DNA of 64,000 nt from Chrysemys picta bellii (lineage: Eukaryota): assembly GCF_011386835.1 (NCBI RefSeq), contig NC_088800.1, positions 78,120,001 to 78,184,000 of the forward strand, read 5' to 3'. The notes below the pieces were generated by a model. It did not search any database. It worked only from the letters and a program-made list of their open reading frames with translations, and had not been told where the DNA came from. Below, one piece after another: positions 12,006-24,429 of the stretch; within the stretch, counting starts at the first letter, position 1, and each line of letters opens with the position of its first letter. A program made the translations under genes and the position numbers.

Positions 12006-15000
12006 TCCCGGGCCAGAAAGTTCATATGTTGGTGTCTAAATTTAGGCACTTAAATCTTGGTGCCTTTGTCTAAGTAAATGACTGGCTTTTCAGAGGTGGT
12101 GTGCTCCCAAAGCTCATGTTGTGAAAATCTGAAAAACAGCTCCCTTGCATTACTGCAGCCACTTACACACATGCTTCACTTTGACTTCAGTGGGACTACT
12201 GGTATGGGTAAAATAAAGCATAAGTGTTTGAAGGATTGGGATTATATTTTGTTTTCTAAATATGGATTTAGTTGCCTGACTTCAGGCACCCACATTTGAA
12301 AATTTTGGCTGAGCTTCCACCAATATGTATTATAATTTTGTTGGAGCTGCATTTTCTTTGGCTTGAGATAAAAGGTGCTAATTCAACTGTAAAAAGTCTG
12401 GTAATAGACCAGATTCTTGGTAGTTTTACAAATAATTTAATATGGTGGTCTCCTCAACTAGTGTTTTATCCTATCTGTAGGACAAAAATGATAGAGCCCC
12501 AAAGGGATCCTGCCAGACATTGTGATTCATAGCAGAGGTGTATTCTGCTGTGCTACTTTTCTAATAAAGAATTTTGTCACTGACCATTTGCAGTCTGTAG
12601 AGTCATAGCTTGTCATTACTACTTGTAATTTGCAGAGAATACTGAATAAAACCATTAGATTTTAGGAATTTTCTTATACCACATATAAGATTTCTGTGTA
12701 ATCATCATCAGCATTTATTTTCAATACATAAGTCAGGAAAAGATTAAATCAGTATACTGAACAGATTGAAGGGATCTGAGAAATTTCACGTGTCATTTCC
12801 CTTCAACTTAGCAAACTACATTTATTATCAAATAAAGTGCTCTAATATTACTTTATGTAACTGTACTGGAAAAATTGGTTGGCTTAGAAAGATTAGTTTC
12901 TGTCGAAAAAAGTGTGCACATTTTTGCTTGAGGAAGGAACTATAGGCATCACATGTGTTTATTAAAAATGAAGATGACTCCTGTGGTGACAGCAAGTGAC
13001 AGACTTAATAACACTACCTTCTTTAAAGTTACCATTTTAACTCTATATAGCAGAGGCTTTTGAGAAGCGACAAGCTCCAGCTCTTTCCTTGAAGTAATTT
13101 TCAAGAGGATGTTTGACTGCTACCTGCAGTTTCAGAGTTATAGTTGTTTCTTTCCCACATATATAAGAAACAGATCAGTGTGCTATAAATGCACTCAAGT
13201 TTAACTTTTGCTTTCTGTAAACTAACACAATTGCATTACCTGTTAGAGGAGTAAAGTAATTTAGTGAGTGAAAAAGCTACCATGTTTCCAAAAAATTTCC
13301 ATATTCAGCTGTTTTGTGGGAGATTCTTCAAAAACATTGTAATCATTTATTAAGCAACTAAATGCTTATTGGGGCAGAAACCTTGTCATTTTATGTTTTC
13401 ATAAAGCAGCATGCACACCAAATATACTGCATGAATAATATTAATATTTAAAAGATAAATAATTCCGGTGTAAATTTAAAAAATTGAGGATGTTTAATGG
13501 TAAAATTTTATTGCTAAAAAGCTTAAAAATAATGTAATTCTTCCTGAATGGTGCTAAATAGAATATTTCAGTAGGTTTTTGGATGTCACTATATGTCCTA
13601 TATTTTGTTCTTTCTTTACTAAAAAAGCTTAGTCAAGATAAAATGTTTTTTTTTTTTTAATTTAATTTCAGTTTTGATTGAAAGGGAATAATACAGTGAG
13701 TGACAGGTTGTTGTATTGTTGGTATTTGCTTTATTTTTATGATCCCTAAGCCTATGATACAGACATATAGCCCTAATACTGTAATATATCTTGATGAATC
13801 CCCTTGCTGAGAAGGACTATAACTGCTCTCAAACGGCTTTCAGTAAATGTCTGAGGAAGTGTTTTAATTGAATCTTAGTCACTCTAATTACAATTAATAG
13901 TAAATCAAGTGCTGCTCAAGGAAAGGTAAGGTTTAGCTGACTTGTCAATCATTCCCTTTTAGCATACGTTAATCAGATTACCAACCACTTTTGCAGCAAA
14001 TAAAAAGTAGTTTATGGCAGGAATGCATTTCATCACCTGCAGAAAGTGTGACGTAACTGCCTTTTTAAGCCCAAATCTTTGCCAAAATGTAAAAGAATAT
14101 GGTTTGTTGAGATGTTTGCACCACCTGAAAAGTTTGAACATGACCATGGTTTTGTCTGCACTTCTGCAGTAATTAAATATTAACCCTAGTCTGCTCACTG
14201 TAACTTCTTCCTATAAAACTTTAGAGGCATGCCAGTTTCAGTGATCAGGCCCTAATCATAATATATGCTGAAGGGCCTATAAAAATGTAGGACTCCCCAC
14301 ATTTTGGGATCCAAAACTACAAACTCCCTTTCAACATACCTGAGGAAGATTGGTGCTGTATATTTCCAAAGAAGGCGCCATTGTTGCCACTACACCATTT
14401 CCCCTTTAAAAAAAATATTTTTAAAGCATCTTTCTTTTTGGTAGATCCAAGCCACATTTAGCTTTAATTCTCTGAGGCCTCCTGTGCTCTTGCTCTTCAT
14501 TGGGCTCATTTACCAGTTTGGTGTTAGTAGGAAGGACAAGGAAGCTCAGATCTTCTAGGTCAGGGTCTTCCTATGTTAGAATGTGTTTTATTAGTGTTTA
14601 TCCTGGGACTGCTGAAAAGACACTTTTTTGGGATGGCTCTATTCTCAGCATAGTTTGTGATATTATTTACTGGGAATAAGCTGTGATTTACTGGGAAGTG
14701 GGAGTTTAACCCTAACTACCTGTTTGGGCAATTTTTAGCCTGCAAAAAACAAATAGTTACTTGTTTTAAACCCTTTCTCCTCATCCCAAAGGATATGGAT
14801 CCCTCATGCACATTTGAAAGTGGTTATTTACTGCAGTTATGTTCCTCCATGGTGAGGAAAGCTGACTGGAATCTTGGTGATATTTACTGACTTGGGAGCA
14901 ATTATTCAGACTTTTATTAGTAAGAAAACAAACAAAAAAGAGTTCCCACAAAGAGCACACTACTAGTGTGATCTCAGAATAAAGCATTTATCAAATAAAA

Positions 15001-15556
15001 CATAATTTTAATGTTACTGATGTTTAAAGTTATTGTGGGAGGTAGTTGCTCCTTTTGTACTTACTGTACAATACATCAAAGTTACTTTGTGGTAAATACT
15101 TTCCTTGTGGGGAAAAAAGTTCAATATAGCTTTGTATTACAAGGGCATAATTTAATTCTAGTTGTAATCATCAAGTTAAAAGCAATACCACTTTTCTAGA
15201 TCACTTCATATGTAAGCATATTCTTAAATACAATGGTATAATCAATAATCAAATGGACACTTTGTTTTTAATAATTAACTTTATCTAGTAATTTTTCAAA
15301 AGACCCTACACTAGCATATACCATACAATAAAGCTCTTTCATCTCATTCTGTTTACAGTTGGAGACAAATTTAGACAGGACAAAATTACTTTTTTCATTC
15401 GCCCTCCCTGATTTTAGTTGTCATCCTGGGAATGAGTGTTCAAAAGGTTAAGGCCTAGCTACTTTATAACAATCAAGTCAACAGTATTTTTTAAAAAATC
15501 AACTTGTTAGCAGATCTGGCACATTCAGGTATTATGTAACTGTTCTGGTAAAAATA

Positions 15557-15702
15557 TTGTCTGCAGTGTAGTTGAAGCCATGTTGATTCCAGGATATTAG
15601 AAAGATAAGATGAATGAGGTAATATTTTTATTGGACCAACTTCTGTTGGTGAAGGAGACAGAAGATGGTCCAATAAAGGATATTAACTCACCCACCTTGT
15701 CT
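15557..15702. mobile_element. Penelope family 2 terminal fragment with internal inversion
   Basis: TTTATTGGACCAACTTCTG ... CAGAAGATGGTCCAATAAA inverted arms; same sequence family as 43347-43495. Confidence 0.75.
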
Positions 15703-15799
15703 AACTGTTATAAATATCAGAGGGGTAGCCGTGTTAGTCTGAATCTGTAAAAAGCAACAGAGGGTCCTGTGGCACCTTTGAGACTAACAGAAGTACTGG

Positions 15800-15838
15800 G
15801 AGCATAAGCTTTCGTGGGTAAGAACCTCACTTCTTCAG
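15800..15838 (-). ncRNA. Hammerhead-ribozyme-like motif in Penelope pLTR
   Basis: Minus strand CTGAAGA-A-GTG..CAC-GAAA-GC TTAT GC-TC, same sense as the Penelope ORF. Confidence 0.55.
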
Positions 15839-15903
15839 ATGCAAGTAATGGAAATCTCCAGAGGCAGGTATATATCAGTGTGGAGATGACGAGGTTAGTT
15901 CAA

Positions 15904-17310
15904 TCAGGGAGGGTGAGGTGCTCTGCTAGCAGTTGAGGTGTGAACACCAAGGGAGGAGAAACTGTTTCTGTAGTTGGATAGCCATTCACAGTCTTTGTTT
16001 AATCCTGATCTGATGGTGTCAAATTTGCAAATGAACTGGAGCTCAGCAGTTTCTCTTTGGAGTCTGGTCCTGAAGTTTTTTTGCTGTAAGATGGCTACCT
16101 TTACATCTGCTATTGTGTGGCCAGGGAGGTTGAAGTGTTCTCCTACAGGTTTTTGTATATTGCCATTCCTGATATCTGACTTGTGTCCATTTATCCTCTT
16201 GCGTAGTGACTGTCCAGTTTGGCCAATGTACATAGCAGAGGGGCATTGCTGGCATATGATGGCATATATAACATTGGTGGACGTGCAGGTGAATGAGCCG
16301 GTGATGTTGTAGCTGATCTGGTTAGGTCCAGTGATGGTGTTGCTGGTGTAGATATGTGGGCAGAGTTGGCATCGAGGTTTGTTACATGGGTTGGTTCCTG
16401 AGTTAGAGTTGTTATGGTGCGGTGCGTGGTTGCTGGTGAGAATATGCTTAAGGTTGGCAGGTTGTCTGTGGGCGAGGACTGGCCTGCCTCCCAAGGTCTG
16501 TGAAAGTGAGGGATCATTGTCCAGGATGGGTTGTAGATCACTGATGATGCGTTGGAGAGGTTTAAGCTGAGGACTGTAGGTGATGGCCAGTGGAGTTCTG
16601 TTGGTTTCTCTTCTGGGCCTGTCTTGTAGCAGGAGGCTTCTGGGTACACGTCTGGCTCTGTTGATTTGTTTCTTTATTTCCTTGTGTGGGTATCGTAGTT
16701 TTGAGAATGCTTGGTGAAGATCTTGTAGGTGTTGGTCTCTGTCTGAGGGGTTGGAGCAGATGCGATTGTACCTCAGTGCTTGGCTGTAGACAATGGATCG
16801 TGTGGTGTGACCGGGGTGGAAGCTGGAGGCATGAAGGTAGGCGTAGCGGTCGGTGGGTTTTCGGTATAGGGTGGTGTTAATGTGGCCATCGCTTATTTGT
16901 ACGGTGGTGTCCAGGAAGTGGACCTCCCGTGTAGATTGGTCCAGGCTGAGGTTGATGGTGGGGTGGAAGCTGTTGAAAGCATGGTGGAATTCTTCCAGGG
17001 TCTCCTTCCCATGGGTCCAGATGATGAAGATGTCATCAATATAGCGTAGGTAGAGAAGGGGCATGAGTGGACGAGAGCTGAGGAAGCGTTGTTCCAGGTC
17101 AGCCATAAAAATGTTGGCATATTGTGGGGCCATGCGGGTGCCCATAGCGGTGCCACTGGTCTGGAGGTATATATTGTCACCAAATTTGAAATAATTGTGC
17201 GTGAGGATAAAGTCATAGAGCTCAGCAATAAGTTGTGCTGTGTCATCATCAGGGATACTGTTCCTGACAGCTTGTATTCCATCTGTATGTGGGATGTTTG
17301 TGTAGAGAGC
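15904..17310 (-). CDS. Penelope polyprotein fragment: RT domains (LYTNIP, GTAMG, LRYIDD) plus GIY-YIG endonuclease (CQLC, AMYIGQT..RINGH)
   Basis: ORF track 15904-17145 (413 aa); the frame stays open upstream to the truncation at about 17310; N-terminus missing, so not autonomous. Confidence 0.9.
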   Translation of the reverse strand, partial: ALYTNIPHTDGIQAVRNSIPDDDTAQLIAELYDFILTHNYFKFGDNIYLQTSGTAMGTRMAPQYANIFMADLEQRFLSSRPLMPLLYLRYIDDIFIIWTHGKETLEEFHHAFNSFHPTINLSLDQSTREVHFLDTTVQISDGHINTTLYRKPTDRYAYLHASSFHPGHTTRSIVYSQALRYNRICSNPSDRDQHLQDLHQAFSKLRYPHKEIKKQINRARRVPRSLLLQDRPRRETNRTPLAITYSPQLKPLQRIISDLQPILDNDPSLSQTLGGRPVLAHRQPANLKHILTSNHAPHHNNSNSGTNPCNKPRCQLCPHIYTSNTITGPNQISYNITGSFTCTSTNVIYAIICQQCPSAMYIGQTGQSLRKRINGHKSDIRNGNIQKPVGEHFNLPGHTIADVKVAILQQKNFRTRLQRETAELQFICKFDTIRSGLNKDCEWLSNYRNSFSSLGVHTSTASRAPHPP

Positions 17311-17374
17311 CCCTACGCTATATTGATGACATCTTCATCATCTGGACCCATGGGAAGGAGACCCTGGAAGAATT

Positions 17375-17437
17375 AAGTGATTTGCCCAAGGTCACTCAGG
17401 AAGTCTGTGGCAGAGCTGGAAATGGAACCCAAATCTT
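17375..17437 (+). mobile_element. MIR/CORE-SINE half
   Basis: AAGTGATTTGCCCAAGGTCAC.CAG...TGGCAGAGCTGG.AAT.GAACCCA matches the CORE-SINE core 3' half. Confidence 0.65.
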
Positions 17438-18823
17438 AAGGAATACTTAAAGGCAACAAAGCAGAGGTTTCCTTTTCTTTTGAAAACTGAAATAAGTTTT
17501 TTCTATTTCAGAAGAACTGGTTCCTCATACTGACAAATTTCCTTCAGCAGAGTCAAAACTAAAAATTTATTTCCCTTGCCTTGTTTTCTCTAACAGTATT
17601 ATCCAAGTTCAAAGTATTTAAGTTTAGTAAAAAAACAATTATCTAAAACAATTTTTTCCCCAGAATGATAGCTCTTAGAAATGTCAAGAGAATGGCTGGT
17701 GTTGTTTTGTTTCAAAGAAACATTCACTAAGGGCTAAATTCTGCTACCCTGGCTTATGTTGAGTAGTATCTTGCTATGTGAGTAGGGTTGTATTCTATGT
17801 GTGCTTAGTCATAGAATCCAATTTCTTACCCTCCATTTGAGAGACCTACTGATATAAAATAACCCTATAACCCCCCCCCAAACAAACAAACAAACAAACA
17901 AAAACCATAAACAAAACATGAGACCAGACTTGGTCTTCTTTAAAAGCAAGGAAACCCACTTAATCTTATATAGTGTTGGGAGCCCAGTCTAATTATCTCA
18001 TTTCCTCCTGTTTCTAAGAAGAGTGGAGGACAAGAGGTATAGCACTCTGGGAGAGCTCACTGGGTGAGATATATGCAGTGAATCTGTTTGCTTCTGCTTT
18101 CCTCTCTAGTAGCAGACTTTACTGTTGCCAGAAAAAAAAAAATCAGTCAATTTGGCAATCTCTCACACACACCTCAAACCAGGTTGCAGTGGTCCTAGCA
18201 AAAAAGCCCCGTTTCCTCTCACCTGTTGATGGCAATGTGCAGAGGAGTAGAGGAGGGGATAGAGGCAAGAAGTGGGTGGTTTGGCCAATGTAAGCAGTAG
18301 TATGAGAAATGTAGCTAGCCTGCTGATTTCCTTAGGGCACAACTCCCTCTCATGGTAGTGTTAGTGTGGGATGATGATTTTCCTTTGGACACATCCTCAA
18401 TGCTGGACATGTGGTGGGAAGAGATGGGGGGAGAACAGCTGCTTCTCACATTCCTTCTCGATCCAAGCTGCTGCTGAAGTTTGAAATAAATACAACTTCC
18501 CCTTCGCTTATGCACTGAAGAAGAGGCAAGATGTAGACATTTTTATGATAATTTGAGGAATGTCTCTGTCCTATTATGAATTCCATTTGTTATTATGAGC
18601 ACTATTTATGTAGCAAGGAGAGAGAGACCAGAACCAGAAGACTCAGCTGGAGGAGTGGGGAGAGCATGCATAAACCACTGGGAAGGCTTGGGAGATTCAG
18701 CACTGATCTTAGCATTGGGGGCAATTGGACTACAAATTACCATATTCAAAACTGGAAGTCTGGCCTGAGAGCCCAGAACGAGAGAGAGGGTCTGAACACT
18801 ACTCAGGCCCGGTTGGTATATAG

Positions 18824-19112
18824 CAGTGGTGTGTAACCTGTGGCCCGCATGCGGCCCATCAGGGTAATCTGATTGCGGGCTGCGAGACATTTTGCTGACA
18901 TTGACCGTCCGTAGGCACGGCCCCCTGCAGCTCCCAGTGGCCGTGGTTCACCATGCTGGCCAATGGGACCTGCAGGAAGCATTCCCAGCCACTGGGAGCT
19001 GTGGGGCGCCATGCCTGCGGACTGTCAATGTCAGAAAAATATCTCGCGGCCCACAATCAGATTACCCTGATGGGCCACATGCGGCCCACTGGCCGCAGGT
19101 TGACCACCACTG
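18824..19112. mobile_element. hAT palindromic MITE
   Basis: CAGTGGT.. / ..ACCACTG termini; perfect 8-bp TSD GTATATAG; body largely self-complementary. Confidence 0.92.
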
Positions 19113-20535
19113 GTATATAGGATATAGGATTCAAAGGTTGGATCCAACACAGTAGACCTGTGACTATCCAGTAGGAATGAATCTGTCAGGGCTGTATCAA
19201 AGAGTCCTTCCTTTAAAACAAACAAACAAACGAATGCACAAACAACCCCACACATACAACACCAGGAAGGCAAATATCAGATATTTTGTAGTGCAAAATT
19301 CTGCTGTAGTCTACCATACTGTGTGAAAGCCACTTGAAAAATCTTATCCATATCTATACTTCAGGACGATTTGATAATTGATTTGGAGTTTTATAAACAG
19401 AGAGCTTGACTGACAAACCATTCAGTAAGGTTGGGATCAACTTTCCATGTTTTCAGTGATTCACACTGAGATGGGTAAGACATCAGTGAAAAAAATACCA
19501 GTAGCAGTTTAACTGTACTTTGGACTCAAATGTGTCCATTTCTGGTCTTATTTTTGTCTGTTTTGAATTTTAACCAGTTTTTCAATACTCTGACTCTGCC
19601 AAGTCAAACAAAATATAGAAGAATGACTATCCAAGAAAATATTAATCTCTGAATGGCAGGCTCTAGAGACAACCATCTAGTGCAAACACGCAGGGGAAAC
19701 CTCTTGCCATTCCAACTTAAAGTAAAAAAAAAATCCTTGGAGTGCTGCTCAGTGCTTAGCTGATAAGCAGATGTGATCATAAATTTTGAGAACAAACTCA
19801 ACAGCAGCATCTTTCTTATCAATCACATGTCTGACAGTGTTGTGGATTGTGGGAGCAATGTAACTGGCTTTGAATAAGATACCATAGAAGTCTGACATTT
19901 CAAAATATTGCTAGAGTCACTATTAAACAGACCTCCCTTTTTTTTAAAGTAACATTCAGGGTGAGAAAATGACCAAAGTATTTAACTGTTTTCAATTTTA
20001 GCTATTTTCAGACCCTGAAGGATTCTTCCCCTTTTCTTCCTGCTTACAGGAAGATTTGCTCTCTTGCTGCTCATGTGGTTTCTAGTGTCATCATCAGGGA
20101 GCTGGGGCCAGAAGAAGCATTAAGGGGGTAACATACTGCTAATGAAACAGCAGTCTAAGTAGTACAATGAAGAGTGTCTTGTACCAATGGCATCTCGAGC
20201 AAGAACAGTGGTTCCATCTGCTTTTCACTTCACCGAGATACTGTCAGGCAGGAAGCCAGTGTGATACAGAGAAAATAGGGTAGTGTAATTCTTTACATCT
20301 CTATATTTTACTCTCATTAGACCTAGAAATAATTATAATGTTTAGCTAGGTGCCTCTCATCTTAATGTCCTTTACAAACATTAAATAATCTACTAGCTAT
20401 GATTAAACTTTCACTTGGTAAAGTTATTCATGTTTGGAAACAAATTACTAATTTCTTATACAGCCAGGAGCATATATAATAGAATAGTGATTTGGAAATA
20501 TCAACTACAAAAAAGTTTGTAAATAAGATGAAGAA

Positions 20536-20549
20536 CCAGCAGAGGGCGC
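20536..20549 (+). promoter_or_regulatory. Putative CTCF site
   Basis: CCAGCAGAGGGCGC matches the CTCF core consensus CCASYAGRKGGCRS, in non-repeat sequence; motif match only. Confidence 0.5.
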
Positions 20550-21712
20550 CTGAAATCATTCTTGGTTATTGATGGTGATGGTTGTCCTGCAGGCAGTACA
20601 AAGAACTGCAACCTACTCATTTTGGGTCTGTACACTGATACCAAGATAAACAATTACTAGGCAAATTTCAATTTCCTATTCAAGAATGCCCCAGGAGATT
20701 TGTAAAGGATGCTTAACAGAAGCAGTGCTTTCAGCACAAATTTCTACCCTTCAGACTCTCAGCTGCTCCAGCTATATTCACATAAATACTAATTTTGTTC
20801 TTTGCATCCCTGAGAAAAAGGGGAATATACTTATTTCTTCCTTTTGGTAGCATATTAGTAAGATTACAGCTTGTAGAGGCCACATTCAGAGCAGTGATAT
20901 CTTGGTGGTTTCATCCCTTCAAAGCTTTGCAGTTTTAAGAAACTTGGACTAGAGTACTTTGAATCCTGCTCAGAGCCTGGTGTATCTGGTATTTACTGAT
21001 AAAGTATATAGACTGTAGCGAGAGTATTCCTATAACATATATCTGAAATCTTCCACTATTTGTCATTTCAAAATGGAAGGGATGCAGTTAGTTTAGTATC
21101 TGGACAGCCAGTGGCAGTAAAGTGCTTCTTGACTCCCCTCTTGATCTCCTTGCCTTAGGGAATCAGTTTTCTCCAGGAGTTGTATCTCTCACAGAATGTA
21201 GCTCATAATGAGAAAATGGCTCCAAATCAAGGAACATTTAAGCTGAAAAGTAAAACAAATACTGTACTGAGCACTTTGCAAGAAGACAGCTACTGATCTG
21301 GAAAAGAAGCAAGTAAGTCTGTCAGATAAATGTAAAGCCTCCATACTTGCTCTTGGGCCTTAAAGATGTGGTTCCACAAACAAGCAAATCAGGGCAGTCA
21401 AACTAAAGCCTGTTCTTGGGTTAAGTGGTGTGACTTTAAAAACTAGTGAGTGAAGAACCTGGTGTCAGATGACTTTGGGACACAGTAAATAATTTGTTAT
21501 CCCCAACCTGTGTGGTCCCAGTGTACCATTTCAAGTAACATTTTTTTTTAAAGATGGTTATGCTGCACATTCCACACACACAAATATGTCCTGGTTGATG
21601 GAGAACAGTAAATTATTTAAAGGGGACTATTAGCCTCTGACTTGACAGGTGCAAATTGTGACGTGATTTTCATCAACCAAAAAGTGATAATCAATCAGCT
21701 GAATATGTAGAG

Positions 21713-22045
21713 CAGGGGTTGGCAACGTTTGGCACGCGGCTCGCCAGGGTAAGCACCCTGGCGGGCCGGGCCAGTTTATTTACATGCTGACGAGGCAGGT
21801 TCGGCCGATCGCAGCCCCCACTGGCTGCGGTTCGCCGTCCCGGGCCAATGGAAGCGGCGAGAAGCTGCGGCCAGCACATCGCTCGCCCGCGCCGCTTCTC
21901 GCTGCCCCCATTGGCCCGGGATGGCGAACCGCGGCCAGTGGGGGCCGCGATCGGCCGAACCTGCCGCGTCAGCAGGTAAATAAACTGGCCTGGCCCGCCA
22001 GGGTGCTTGGCCTGGCAAACCGCGTGCCGAACGTTGCCGACCCCG
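21713..22045. mobile_element. hAT palindromic MITE
   Basis: CAGGGGTTGGCAACG / CGTTGCCGACCCCG termini; perfect 8-bp TSD ATGTAGAG; near-complete fold-back; CpG-rich (young). Confidence 0.93.
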
Positions 22046-24429
22046 ATGTAGAGCATCCCTAGAGCTCTATGAAGCCACTACATGGTTTAAAGCAGAGACC
22101 TAAGTTTGTTTGGCAAGATTTTTGGCTAAAGAGTTTTTTTAATATTTAAACATGATTCATCAAACTCTAAAAAGCTTTCAGAGGCTTTAGTACTAAAAGA
22201 GGACACTGAAATAATTGGTAATAGTGCAGTTACGTAAAGCCCTTAATTCAATTTAATTGGGAAAATTTCCCTTCTGGAATATCCAAAATAAATTGTTCAA
22301 GGACAAACTTTTTACCTTTGGCCAGCACATCCTATGGACTGATGAGCCTATCTACGATTTCTTCCTTATTACATGCTCCCCCCTCATTATATATAGTTTG
22401 GCAATGTATTACTTAAGGGATTACTATGCAGATACCATTTTTTCTAAACTGGCATACAGAGGGTGTAAAATAAAATTGTACTTGTTAACTGACTTGCTGC
22501 ATTGGCAGTGTGCATTTTAGAATGACGTTGCTTGTAAAGAATCTCAGTATGGGTATTACATGTTGAGCTAGCTTCTTATAGCACTTACCTCCTTTCTCTA
22601 CATGTTGGTGGTTTCCATCACCATGACAAGTTTCAAGTATTGCTAATAGCTTGTTGAAGCATTTATTTGAGAATGAGAAAAACTCTGGAAGTCTAATCTG
22701 AGGAAAATATTCTTTTAGGAGGTTTCCACTGGAGAATGCTAAACAGTCCCCTTTAGTAAGCAGGATGCTGTTGCCTATGCAAATTGAGAATGTATTGCTG
22801 TCCATTAGTCCTGAAGGGGGATGCACCTGGAACAATAACACAATTAACAAAAAAGATCTCCATGAACTGATCTGGACACACAGGCAAATGAATGACAGAC
22901 AGAGATGGATTTAAGCAGCAGGCCACAACTTCATGAATTTAACTCTGTGGTGGGGTGTGATATCCCCACCCTTCAATCTTACATACCAGGCATTTGACTG
23001 GGTCCACTGTCGGGTGACAGGGCTCCCACCATATTACTAATTATTCAAGTTAGACCCTCCTTGGCCTATCCCATCTCACTTCTGAATCCTCTCACCCTCC
23101 CCCCCGGTAGAGGTTGCAACAAGCTAAACAGTCTTACCTTTCCTTATATTAAACTGTCAAGTCCTCGTCTTTTCATTATGATGCAAGGAATGCAAGAACC
23201 CTCTGGATCTCATTGGCCCAATGGGAAAAATTCCTTCTTGATCTCAAAACATGTGATCAGTCACTACCACAGCATCCTGAAAAACACATCTCCTGTACTC
23301 CCCCTAAGGTGAATGAGGGAGAGTGGGGCAACTAAAGGAGCATGATTCTTTTGAAAAGCCCAAGAAGGGTTTAAATAGAAGGATGAGGAGTCAGGGGTGG
23401 AGTGCAAGAGCCAGTCAGCACACCCAGTCCCCCCTGCCTGGCCAATGGAAGACTGAGGACCCAAGGAGGAGAAATCCAGCTCCTCCCTCCCCAACCTTGC
23501 ACTCTCCATCTCCCCCACACCCTTTCTGGGCACTGTGTCTTATTCCTTGTGACCTGATTAACAACCCTTCCCATTGAGAAGTCAAAACTCCAAGAAAAGT
23601 AGATCTAAGAATTCTGGAAAATTGCAATATCCTCATTTGTAATTGAGTCCAAGTCACCTTGATGAAAAATACCAAAATACTGTCATTACAGGCAGTGGCA
23701 ATAGTTTGCTCTCTACTTCATATTCCTGTAATGACAATTCAGGTCACTATAATGGGTAGACACATCTGTATGAAGGGAGTGCTGTACCTTTTCAAGTTTT
23801 CATAAAGGATTGTGATCTGAATAGATGTCAGCCTGAAGGGACAGAAGGGTTTGTGACCTGCAGTAGAAGGAGAATACTCATGGAAACAATGAAGAACTCC
23901 CACTGAGTTCACAGAGAACAAAAGGCAGAAAGACTGGCTTCCTAAGAATTCAGGCATCTCATTGGAGAGTAAAATATTATTAAATGGAAACACGAGAGAC
24001 TTCATACATAACCAATCAGAAGAGTAGAAGTGTAATTCTGAATCAGGAGGTAATTATATTGAGGTGAGCACAAATTAATGTGTTTCAGACCTATGAGTTT
24101 AAGATATAAGACTGATTAAATTCAAAGTCATTTAATCTAGTTAAAAGGGTGGATACTAGGAAAGTTTGAAAGATCTAGAATAATTGACCTCTTTTAGGTA
24201 CAGAAGAGGAACCACAATGTTCAGGTGTTAAATACGTTATCTCAGAATTGGTCCAATTACCTGATTTTTTCCACGTATTTCCCCCCCCCCCAATTAATTA
24301 AAAAAAAAAAAACTTCGTTAATTAACGTAGTTCCCAAGTGGCCCCAAAGATCTGGTACTGAAATCTGCCATTAAATTCTGAACTACGGCACAGTATTTAT
24401 CCAGACACCATTAAACTGAACCTGGTTAT

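Larger units (their letters stand above)
15715..17374 (-). mobile_element. Penelope-like element (PLE), young, 5'-truncated, with pLTR
   Basis: pLTR 15715-15845; uninterrupted RT plus GIY-YIG ORF; 63-bp inverted duplication at the 5' end (17312-17374). Confidence 0.95.

Noticed and set aside
21178-21310. Exon-like segment with good acceptor and donor
   Set aside because: The only long frame hits TGA before the donor and the peptide is unrecognised.
22956-23640. Possible LTR starting TGTGA
   Set aside because: No matching ..CA end or TSD could be found.
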